Below, piece after piece: positions 55,627-64,000 of a DNA stretch of 64,000 bases (positions are counted from its first letter, which is position 1; each line of letters begins with the position of its first letter). The stretch lies in the NCBI GenBank assembly GCA_000004985.1, contig GG738891.1. The stretch is one strand, 5' to 3'. Made by a program: the position numbers and the translations under genes. The notes under the pieces were generated by a model. The model was not told the origin of the DNA, ran no database searches, and saw only the letters and a program-made list of their open reading frames with translations. This DNA is from Naegleria gruberi. Taxonomy: Eukaryota.

Positions 55627-57795
55627 TTATTTCAAGAAGTTTTTATTGATTTCTGTAGCTATTTTAACCATTTCAATCTTTGAGTTATGTCTTCTATCGA
55701 CAGGAAGTGATTTCTGTTGAACGAATCTAATAGCTATATTTGTAAATAATTTTGGAGCATTTGGAAGAACTTGTTTTCTCCAAAAATCTTCCATATCTGA
55801 AATGCTAATACTCTCATTACCAAATGTCTCAAATACAATTGCAATTTCCTTAAATACCAATTCATTATATTTAGATGTGAAATTCTTTTCATTCATCTTA
55901 AGTTGTACGCTATCATTTCCACTGATTGGTGAATATCCTACACAAGCACATCTTCTAATATTTGAATACTTGTTGTAAAAGGCGTGTTCAATACAAGGTG
56001 GAGCTATCATGTGTTTTCTTTCATTTTCCAATGCAATATGGAACATGTGGCTCAATCTTCCACAATACCAAAGCATTTTGTTCTCGTCCATGTAGCCAAT
56101 ATCTCCTGTTTTGTGGTAAAGAATTCCATTTATCATCTCCTTACTTGTCTTCATTGCATTGTCGTCAAGCTCATATCTTGGACTAATGGCAGATCCACCA
56201 ACCCAAATTTCACCAATATTGGATGTTGAAACATATTCTTGATTTCTAATCAAAATTGTAATGTTTGGACATTCCTTGCCAACACAATATCCCTTTGTAA
56301 TACTGTATATTTCGCTATCTGATGTGTAAATATTATCCAACTCATATGTATTAGTCAAACAAATGGGTAACCCCTCAGTAGCTCCATAAGTTGGGAAAAT
56401 TGCTGGCTCACTTGATTCTTTTGAGGCCCATTTTCTTAATTTTTGATGAAGTGAATAAGGAGCTACAGAACCGCCACATAACAATACCTCCAGCGGTGGA
56501 GAGATAGTATTCTCTTCTTTGATTGACCCAGCAGCTTCATTCATTTTCTTGCAATAATCAATTACTTCCATCCATACAATAGGAGAGCAAAATCCCATTC
56601 TTGGATAAAATACATTCAAGGCGTTGATGTAGTGCTTGGAGTTAACACTAGCTGGGCTTGCCAAATTAAAAGGTGGAACAATTGCTGTCAATCCCATACA
56701 GTTTACACATAAAGTCATTACTGTGTTGTGATTGATTACTCTGTCTTGTCTTCCTTTTATGAGATATGGCCTCATTAATTCGTTAAAGCTATATATTTGA
56801 TTCTTTAACATTCCGTGAGTAATGTGAACAAGCTTTGGAATACCTGTAGTTCCAGTTGTATTGACAATAACTACAGTTTCGTCATCATCAAATTGGTAGA
56901 GATTTTCATCATTTTCCTCTGGTTCAATTTGTAGCTTTTCAACATTAACAATTTTTGTAATTTTCTTCCATTCTGGACGATTCTTGCTCAGTAAATTGAA
57001 AGCTCTATCAGAAGGTGTAAATAGCAAAACCTTTTTAGCAATATTGAGGAATTGTCTCTTTTTGAACAAGCTTGCGGCTTGAATCACTAAATAAATAAGT
57101 GGTGAAACAATTACAGCGTCAATATTCAATTTAGGAATCCACTCAAGGAAACTATCAATTCCACATTCATTAGGGTTCAATACAAGAATTTCTTGACCAG
57201 TTTGAATCAATGAAAATACCAATGGAACAAGTTGAATATCGTTTGGATCAACTAGAATAATGACTCTATTTTTGTTCTTATCCTTCAATTCATTTCCAAT
57301 AACTCTATTATAAAATCTAATTGATTTTCTAACTTGATGAAAGGTCATTGAATTGTTTGTATCATTAATTTTGTAAAGATAATCAGCTGGATATAAATTG
57401 ATTTTTCCAAGAGCAAAAAATATCAAAAAAGGTGTAAATAATAATGCCTTTTGATAACCTTCCAAATAATAAAACAGTAAAATGAAAATAGTCCACCCAG
57501 TCAAATAATAAATAAATTTGTTAAATTTAACATTAGTTGGATAATGAAGAGCAGGTACTTCTGGATCTTTTTCCGCAACTTGTTCAAATAATTTTCCTAA
57601 AACATTATTAGGTTTGATTTTTTGTTTAGATCGATCTCTTGGTGGAGGAAGAGGTGGTTGTTGAGCAATATTTTCTTGATCACTATCAATTGAAATTGTT
57701 GATTGTTCATAGCTTGCATCTTCTTCATCGGAAAATTCAATTAAAGCTTCTTTTGTTTTACCAGAGGAAGCAATGCCTTCTCTTGAAATTGGCAT
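55627..57795 (-). CDS. AMP-dependent synthetase/ligase (acyl-CoA synthetase-like adenylate-forming enzyme) with N-terminal membrane segment
   Basis: Real ATG at 57795. AMP-binding motif NTTGTTGIPKLVHITH (TSGTTGxPKGV), YGATEG, GEIWVGGSAISPRYELD, and a late conserved Lys region. Hydrophobic N-terminal segment FIYYLTGWTIFILLFYYL. Stop at 55627-55629. Confidence 0.8.
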   Translation of the reverse strand: MPISREGIASSGKTKEALIEFSDEEDASYEQSTISIDSDQENIAQQPPLPPPRDRSKQKIKPNNVLGKLFEQVAEKDPEVPALHYPTNVKFNKFIYYLTGWTIFILLFYYLEGYQKALLFTPFLIFFALGKINLYPADYLYKINDTNNSMTFHQVRKSIRFYNRVIGNELKDKNKNRVIILVDPNDIQLVPLVFSLIQTGQEILVLNPNECGIDSFLEWIPKLNIDAVIVSPLIYLVIQAASLFKKRQFLNIAKKVLLFTPSDRAFNLLSKNRPEWKKITKIVNVEKLQIEPEENDENLYQFDDDETVVIVNTTGTTGIPKLVHITHGMLKNQIYSFNELMRPYLIKGRQDRVINHNTVMTLCVNCMGLTAIVPPFNLASPASVNSKHYINALNVFYPRMGFCSPIVWMEVIDYCKKMNEAAGSIKEENTISPPLEVLLCGGSVAPYSLHQKLRKWASKESSEPAIFPTYGATEGLPICLTNTYELDNIYTSDSEIYSITKGYCVGKECPNITILIRNQEYVSTSNIGEIWVGGSAISPRYELDDNAMKTSKEMINGILYHKTGDIGYMDENKMLWYCGRLSHMFHIALENERKHMIAPPCIEHAFYNKYSNIRRCACVGYSPISGNDSVQLKMNEKNFTSKYNELVFKEIAIVFETFGNESISISDMEDFWRKQVLPNAPKLFTNIAIRFVQQKSLPVDRRHNSKIEMVKIATEINKNFLK

Positions 57796-57964
57796 TTTTA
57801 TTTTTAAATTATTTAAATAAAAGATAATCCGAATTATTTAAGAAGAACTAATTGTTGACCACATGAGGCATTTCTACTTTTTATTTGGGTTTTTGATCTT
57901 TCTTTTATGGCTTATAGGGTTAAGTTCAAGTATACAACAGTTCCTCAATTATGGATCAAAGAAA

Positions 57965-59680
57965 TTATTGATCGTTTTGACCGTGTTCAACCAAAACTTT
58001 GACAGCTTCCTTAATCTTTTGATTGAGAGCATCAGTAGATTCAATCAATGTCAAAATATCAGAAACTTCCATATCCAAGAGCATACCAGTAATCTTTGGT
58101 GCATTCTTTGGTTCTCTCAAGTGAACGAGTGGGAAAAGTCTTTCACCCAACAATTGCTTTTGATCTTGTTCGCTAAGCTTAGCCAAGTATTCAGCAGTCA
58201 ATTGATCGGATGGAGCTTGTGTAGTTTGAGCTTCTTGAGTGTTTGGAGTAGTTTGTTGTGGTTGTTCTCTTGGTTGATTACGAGCATTGTTGTTGTATTT
58301 AATACGACCAGCATTCTTGGCAGTATTAGCATTACCACCACGAGCACCTCTTTGTGATGAACCACCACGAGACATACCACCACGGTTTTGGTTGGATTGA
58401 CGACCACCAGCAACTGGTTGCCAACGTGGCTTAATTTGACTTCCTGGAGGTGGGAAAGCACCTTGAGCAGGAATGAAGAATTGTGGCATCATTTGTGGGA
58501 TCATTTGTGGTTGTTTTCTAGCATTGTATTGAGCCTCGAGTTGTGAACGACGGAGTTCCTTTGGTTGAGCAAAGTTAACGTAAAGTGGTTTAGATCCAAT
58601 CATGTGACCAGACATTTCAGTCAAAGCCTTGTTGGCAGCTTCTGGAGTCTTGAAACAGACGAAACCAAATCCTCTACTTTGCTTGTTATCAGACATAACT
58701 TTAGCAGATGTAATATCACCAAACTTAGAGAATTCTTGTCTCAATCTTTCATCATCAACAGAATCATCCAAATTTTTAACATAGAGATTCAAACCCTTAT
58801 ATTTGTTAACCTTTTCTTGCTTCAATTTTTGGAAATATTCCTTCAATTTAGCTCTTCTTTCGTTCTTCTTTTGTGCTCTTCCAACAAACAACTTCTTATT
58901 TTTGAAATCCTTTTCATTCATCTCATCAATAGCGATAAGTGCTGAAGCGTGATCAGCAAAGTTAATAAAACCGAATTCCTTTGAAGCGCCGTTTTCTCCT
59001 CTCATAACGACAGCATTTTGAATTTCTCCAAACTTTGAGAAAACTTCTGAGAGTTCCTTTTCATCAACAGATGCATCAAGGTTCTTAACATAAATATTGG
59101 TGAATGAATCTTCATTGCTCAAAATCTTCAAACGTTCGGTCTTCTTTACAAATGGTCCAACGAAAACTTGTTTACCGTTTAACAACATTCCGTTAATTTT
59201 AGCAATAGCCTTTTCAGCAGCTTCTTGTGTTTCAAAGTGAACAAAACCATAGCCAGCTGATTCGACGTTATCGCCACCATTATCACCCTTCTTTGTTGCT
59301 TGACAAACCTTACAGGACAAAATGTTACCAAAGGCAGAGAATGTATCATAAAGAGCCTTGTTATCAATTGATTTATCCAAGTTCTTGATGAAGATATTTC
59401 CAATACCACTTTTACGAATTGATGGATCTCTTTGTGACCACATAATACGGATTGGAATACCCTTTACACTAGCATAATTCAAGGTATCGAGAGCTCTCTC
59501 GGCATCTTGTGGATTTTGGAAATTTACATAAGCATATCCAAGAGATTTACGAGTCATAGCATCTCTGCAGATACGGATGGAAATAATTGGACCAACTTCA
59601 TGGAAAAGGTCAAACAAGAGAGCTTCAGAAATTTCTTCGTGCAAGTCTCCGACGTAAAGAGAAGCAGAACTATAGTTCAT
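57965..59680 (-). CDS. PAB1: Cytoplasmic poly(A)-binding protein (4 RRMs and C-terminal MLLE/PABC domain)
   Basis: Real ATG at 59680. SLYVGDLHEEISEALLFDLF, RNP1 motifs KSLGYAYVNF, KGYGFVHF, KEFGFINF and SRGFGFVCF. C-terminal LTAEYLAKLSEQDQKQLLGERLFPLVH (MLLE). Confidence 0.95.
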   Translation of the reverse strand: MNYSSASLYVGDLHEEISEALLFDLFHEVGPIISIRICRDAMTRKSLGYAYVNFQNPQDAERALDTLNYASVKGIPIRIMWSQRDPSIRKSGIGNIFIKNLDKSIDNKALYDTFSAFGNILSCKVCQATKKGDNGGDNVESAGYGFVHFETQEAAEKAIAKINGMLLNGKQVFVGPFVKKTERLKILSNEDSFTNIYVKNLDASVDEKELSEVFSKFGEIQNAVVMRGENGASKEFGFINFADHASALIAIDEMNEKDFKNKKLFVGRAQKKNERRAKLKEYFQKLKQEKVNKYKGLNLYVKNLDDSVDDERLRQEFSKFGDITSAKVMSDNKQSRGFGFVCFKTPEAANKALTEMSGHMIGSKPLYVNFAQPKELRRSQLEAQYNARKQPQMIPQMMPQFFIPAQGAFPPPGSQIKPRWQPVAGGRQSNQNRGGMSRGGSSQRGARGGNANTAKNAGRIKYNNNARNQPREQPQQTTPNTQEAQTTQAPSDQLTAEYLAKLSEQDQKQLLGERLFPLVHLREPKNAPKITGMLLDMEVSDILTLIESTDALNQKIKEAVKVLVEHGQNDQ

Positions 59681-60133
59681 TGTGTAAATTTATAAGAGGT
59701 TTTAGAGGAAGAAACCGAAGCTGTTTGCGACGAGGTATTTTTTCGAAAGAAAAATCGCAATTATTTAGAGTCAACCTAGTCCTTGCCATTCTTACAACGT
59801 TGGCCGCTCTAAAAAATGCCAACCACGTAAAATTTTTTAAGAACAAAAATTATTGGGCTTGATGGAAACGTGTTATGTGACAAGGCAATAAAGGCAAGTG
59901 GCAAACACATCAAAATTTACCTTCAAGTCTTTGGTTGAAGTAAGACAAAGGTGTTGTGAGAGTTTAGGTAGCAAAGAATAATTTGCAGAAAAACTGAAGG
60001 TCCTCATTAGTAACATTGGACGTAGACAGTATACTACTAGATCGATAGGCCATCTAACAGGAATCCAAATGGAGAACTGATTTTTATTCTTCTCCTCTTC
60101 CGATGAGAAAAGTAGTAACATTGAACAAAAAAG

Positions 60134-61261
60134 ATGGGCAATTCCTCATCATCAAAGTCGTCAATATCAACCTCTCTATTTAATGAAGCGGATGAAGAGG
60201 AATACGAGGAAGAACATGAGGAAGTAAAAGAAAGACCAAGAAGATGGTTGTTGGATTCTAGTTTTGAAGAAGATAATGCCATCACAGAAAGTGAAATTAA
60301 ATCGGGTGGAGGAGAGGAAACTTTCCATGCTTTGTTACAGAACGAGGAAATAATATCACGAATCTTGATGATGTATTGTATAGATTTGTTGGATAATCTA
60401 CTGACCTTGAGATTAGTGAATCGATCTTTTATGAAAATTGTTGATCAATTTAATTTTATTTCATTTCATGTATTTGAAAATGCGTCAATCGAATATGTTG
60501 TTGATGATGAAGATGTAAAACAACAACAATTAACATGTAAGCGAATGAGACTTGTTAGGAAAATTCTTGAAAATATAACTAGCAATAAGAGGCAAGATCT
60601 ACCATGCTTTTTATCAAACATCAGTAATAAGAGAGATTTATTATTTACATTTAATTTAAAGGAACGAGAGAATATTACAAAAATTTCAAATCCTTTTTTA
60701 CAAATTTCAAAATACTTGAGTACTGGAAAGATGGATCAATATTTTCTAATTCCTTCTATTGAAATTTATTTGGAAATTAATCAATCATCTGTTCCTGTTC
60801 ACTTTAACATGCTTTTAATATCAGAGGAAACATCAAGTTTTGAAGAATATTTATTTAGATATTCCATTTCAATATCAGAGGAAGATGAATGGGAGACTAA
60901 GGTTTTTCCAATGCATAAGAGACAATTCTTTTCGAGTCCAAAGAATAATGCTCATCAAGTTCAACCAATAATTAATCGATCCAATAATAGTATTAATAAT
61001 ACGCAGAAAATCAAAAACAGAGGAAAATACAAGATTGTATTTTCATTTTCCAATAATTTTCAATTACACATTTCAACAATAGATATTCAACATAATTACT
61101 CCAAAAGCATAGATATAGTTCCTCTATTATCGGAGGATTATCAGAACAAACAATTGGCAACAATTCAAAATTTGATTAGAGATGTGAAAATTTCATGTTC
61201 CTCATCTGATTTGAACATTTGCAAGAGGGTTTCTTTCAAAACAAGTTTTGGCATTTCCTGA
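60134..61261 (+). CDS. F-box-like protein with N-terminal MGNSSS (N-myristoylation-type) motif
   Basis: Real ATG. MGNSSSSKSS. Acidic stretch. F-box-like EEIISRILMMYCIDLLDNLLTLRLVNRSFMKIVDQ. Remainder unrecognised. Confidence 0.5.
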   Translation: MGNSSSSKSSISTSLFNEADEEEYEEEHEEVKERPRRWLLDSSFEEDNAITESEIKSGGGEETFHALLQNEEIISRILMMYCIDLLDNLLTLRLVNRSFMKIVDQFNFISFHVFENASIEYVVDDEDVKQQQLTCKRMRLVRKILENITSNKRQDLPCFLSNISNKRDLLFTFNLKERENITKISNPFLQISKYLSTGKMDQYFLIPSIEIYLEINQSSVPVHFNMLLISEETSSFEEYLFRYSISISEEDEWETKVFPMHKRQFFSSPKNNAHQVQPIINRSNNSINNTQKIKNRGKYKIVFSFSNNFQLHISTIDIQHNYSKSIDIVPLLSEDYQNKQLATIQNLIRDVKISCSSSDLNICKRVSFKTSFGIS

Positions 61262-61483
61262 GGAATATCAGATTATTACAGGTTAACTTGTCCTATTTTC
61301 AATAAAAGCTTTCAAAGTTGTTTGTTCTTATGATAATTTATTAACAGGGTAAATTAAACTCACAGAATATCATTTTAAATTTAGCGCCATTTTTGCTTCC
61401 CGCCATTAAAAAATGAAAAATACTCTCGTTACAAGATTTAATAGCTTAACGAACAATGACTTGCCGCTCAGATTTGCTGGTGG

Positions 61484-63831
61484 ATGATGGGAACAATTTC
61501 CCTCCCAAGTTGTTTGGCGCCTCTCACCACTATGAAACAATCATTTAATAAAAAACAAATGAACAACACCACGACCACAAACCTGCTGACGACAAGCAAC
61601 ACTCCTGCTACAGCAAATAGAAGTGAAGGAGTACAACAAATGAATACTTGTGGCCGAAGCAATACATCATCAACAATGCCAAGCAATATTCAACATGAAT
61701 ATACTATTGCTTCATCTCAAGTGCCAAATAATTATTCACGGGAATATACTTTTCTGAAAAACAATTCTAGGAGCAACTCTTCTGCACAGGAAATTAGTTC
61801 TTCTATTCAAGGACCATTCTCTGAAACAATGTCAATTAAAACTGAGAAGATAGCAGCTGGGATATCAGAAAGAGCAAATGTTTCTCCATTTTCTGAAAGT
61901 AAGCCAATAATTGCTTCTTCATGTATTGAAACATTTACAAATCCATACCATACTCCTTTACTGGGTACGCAATCAATGATCGAGCCTTGTGTACCAATAA
62001 GAAAGCTTCCAAACCTTACCATAAATGTAAACAATAATAGTAGCACTGCTGTCCTTGCATCAGCTGGTTCACATTCTGCTAAACCAAATCAAACTTCACC
62101 TCCTCCACCTTCCAATTTTCCAACAATTCCATTACTTCCAGCCAATTTCACAACAACTACCACTTTAAGTAGTGGTACTTGCACATCAGTGCTTGGCAAC
62201 TGTGGACCAATTCCATTTTCCTTTTCAAAGCCAACTAGTTCATTTGCAGAATTAGGAGAAATCATTTCTCAAGGTAACTTTGGAATACCTAATTCCTCAA
62301 CCTATTGTAATGATACCATTAGTTGCAATTCTACTACTAGCTCTACTTTTGAAGAACCTAAGAAAGTCAAGAATAGAAAAGAAAAATCACTCACCATGAT
62401 TTGCAGCAAGTTTATCCAATACTATGAAGAAAAGGCTAATAGCCCAACAACTAGCGCTCAATCAAAGGGTGACATTAAGATTGAAGAAGCTGTTAACACA
62501 CTAGGTATTGAAAAGAGAAGAATTTATGATATTTTAAATGTCCTCGAAAGTATTTCTATTGTAACAAAAGTTGGTGTTTCATGCTATAAATTCAATGGAA
62601 CAAAGTGCCTCAACGCTACTCTTGAACAAATGAAAAACAGTGCTTTCGTAGATCCACTCCTTTTTGAAGGTATTCAATCACTCCCAAAAAATCCACAAAA
62701 CGAACCAATTATTAAGAGTTTATCAAAGTTTAAACAATCATCTATGACTCATACTTCAAGATCGAACACATTGACATCATTGAGCAGGCTCTTGATTATG
62801 TGTTTCTTGGCAACTGAAGTTAAAGAAATTACACAAGATCAACTTTTGGCCATTGTGCTAAAAGATTCTACCGAAAAGAGTAAGTTGTCAAAGAAATTTT
62901 ATTCTAATTATGATAATTAATAGCGAGAACAAGAAGATTAAATGATATTGTAAACATTTTATCTGCCATTCACTTACTTGAAAAGAAAACTGAAAAGAGT
63001 GTTAATGTTTTCAAGTGGCTTGGTGGATCTTACGCAAATGAAAACAAACCAGTCAGTTCTATCATATCTCCTTCTAAAATGCCTCTGAAAAAGAGAAAGA
63101 GAGTTAAGGCTGGATCACAAGGATCAGATAACGAAACATCTCCATTAACCATTGAAGGTGGTCCTTCTTTTTCTATTGTTGATATACCACAACCTGAAAA
63201 TTCAAAGAACGAAATTTCTGAAATTAGTCCAGTGCCAATCTCTACAGTTTCTCCATCATTTTTCCAAAGCAGTACAACCACTTGTAAAACTCCAACATCT
63301 AGTGGTAGCAACAGCAGTGGTGGTCTTCATTTTCAATTCAGATCGCCACCAAGTAAGAAGAATAAGACCATTCCACTTTCTTCATTCACAACTGTTTTGG
63401 GAGGCGCACCAAAGATTTCTCCAAAGAACTTGAATGAAATCTTCAAGTCAAGCGAGCAACCAATTACGAATAATTCAAATATTCCTGTCCAAAGCCCAAC
63501 CATTCCAAATGCTGGTATTACCACAACATTTGGTAAATTGGGCTCTGGAAGCATTTTTTCACAAACTTCTGGTCAAGTTTCACCTCGAGTAATGCCTTCA
63601 GCTATTAAGGCAACCATTTTCAACGAAAATAATAAGGAAAATGTCTGTAAGCCAACAGTTTCTCAAACTACAAAGAAACCATTATCACCTAACGACAATG
63701 CACAACAAGGTAAAATCACTTTCAAGATTCGTGGTACCAATGAAACAACTTTAGCTCCAAGACAACCACTTGGTCTTAAAACAGACAATGGCGTTAATAA
63801 TCAACAAAATATTAAATCTCCAAGACCTTAA
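61484..63831 (+). CDS. Atypical E2F (E2F7/8- or DEL-like) transcription factor with two tandem E2F winged-helix DNA-binding domains (at least 2 exons)
   Basis: DBD1 in exon1: KSLTMICSKFIQYY..IEEAVNTLGIEKRRIYDILNVLESISIVTKV..YKFNG. DBD2 is split by an intron (donor GTAAGT at 62889, acceptor AATTAATAG at about 62932): SLSRLLIMCFL..EITQDQLLAIVLKDSTEK / TRTRRLNDIVNILSAIHLLEKKTEKSVNVFKWLGG. Compare human E2F8 KIRRLYDIANVLSSLDLIKKV..KPAFKWTG. Basic KKRKRVK follows. Ser/Thr/Pro-rich C-terminus to TAA 63829-63831. Confidence 0.75.
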
Positions 63832-63847
63832 ATTTTCTAAAATAGTT

Positions 63848-64000
63848 TTATTTATTCAACAGCTTCATTAATCGTTCAGAATCTACTACAGATGCATCTT
63901 TTTCAAGTTTCTTTTTACAAGTAAGGTAGGCACGTTCAGCTTGTGCAACAATATTGTTCAGCTCTATGGCTCCAGAAAGATCAATGCATGCCTTCAAAAT
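63848..64000 (-). CDS. 3' end of an unidentified gene continuing beyond the window
   Basis: The minus-strand frame is open from the window end to TAA (plus 63848-63850). It encodes ..ILKACIDLSGAIELNNIVAQAERAYLTCKKKLEKDASVVDSERLMKLLNK*. Confidence 0.3.
   Translation of the reverse strand: MLKACIDLSGAIELNNIVAQAERAYLTCKKKLEKDASVVDSERLMKLLNK

Noticed and set aside
57863-58357. 164-aa plus-strand ORF
   Set aside because: It is antisense to and fully inside the poly(A)-binding protein CDS, and has a low-complexity hydrophobic translation. It is a shadow ORF.

Overview
This window is a compact, AT-rich (about one third GC) eukaryotic nuclear region. It is gene-dense, roughly one gene per 1.7 kb on both strands, with short spliceosomal introns (about 40-80 nt, GT..AG, often GTAAGT). 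There are no CRISPR arrays, operons or other prokaryotic features. The ORF track accepts TTG/GTG/CTG as starts, so several listed 'M' starts are not real (for example 46, 20694, 21216, 22411 and 43486). Multi-exon genes are split across several ORF entries or missed entirely. I reassembled about 38 protein-coding genes by reading splice junctions in the sequence. Those I recognise: RFC4, Rad52, poly(A)-binding protein, Nap1/NCKAP1 of the SCAR/WAVE complex, the BBSome subunit BBS9/PTHB1, an SMC-family ATPase, a SUV39-family SET methyltransferase, a NEK kinase, an atypical E2F with two DNA-binding domains, Elongin C, an RNB exoribonuclease, a Zn2Cys6 transcription factor, a membrane-anchored RNase T2, a receptor kinase with NHL repeats plus EGF modules, and CCDC47-, LMBR1- and DUF726-like proteins. 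The ORF track missed one RNA gene: a 5S rRNA with a T6 Pol III terminator on the minus strand at 20823..20940, 200 bp upstream of the Nap1 start codon. BBS9 (cilia), the Zn2Cys6 factor and DUF1761 together suggest a flagellated, probably early-diverging zoosporic fungus; this is inference only. I found no single dramatic novel system. The most noteworthy items are the dispersed 5S gene, the NHL-EGF-kinase receptor, the RNase T2 with micro-exons and a transmembrane tail, candidate E2F sites beside an encoded E2F, convergent genes with stop codons only 4-6 bp apart, and a head-to-head pair of paralogous membrane-protein genes.
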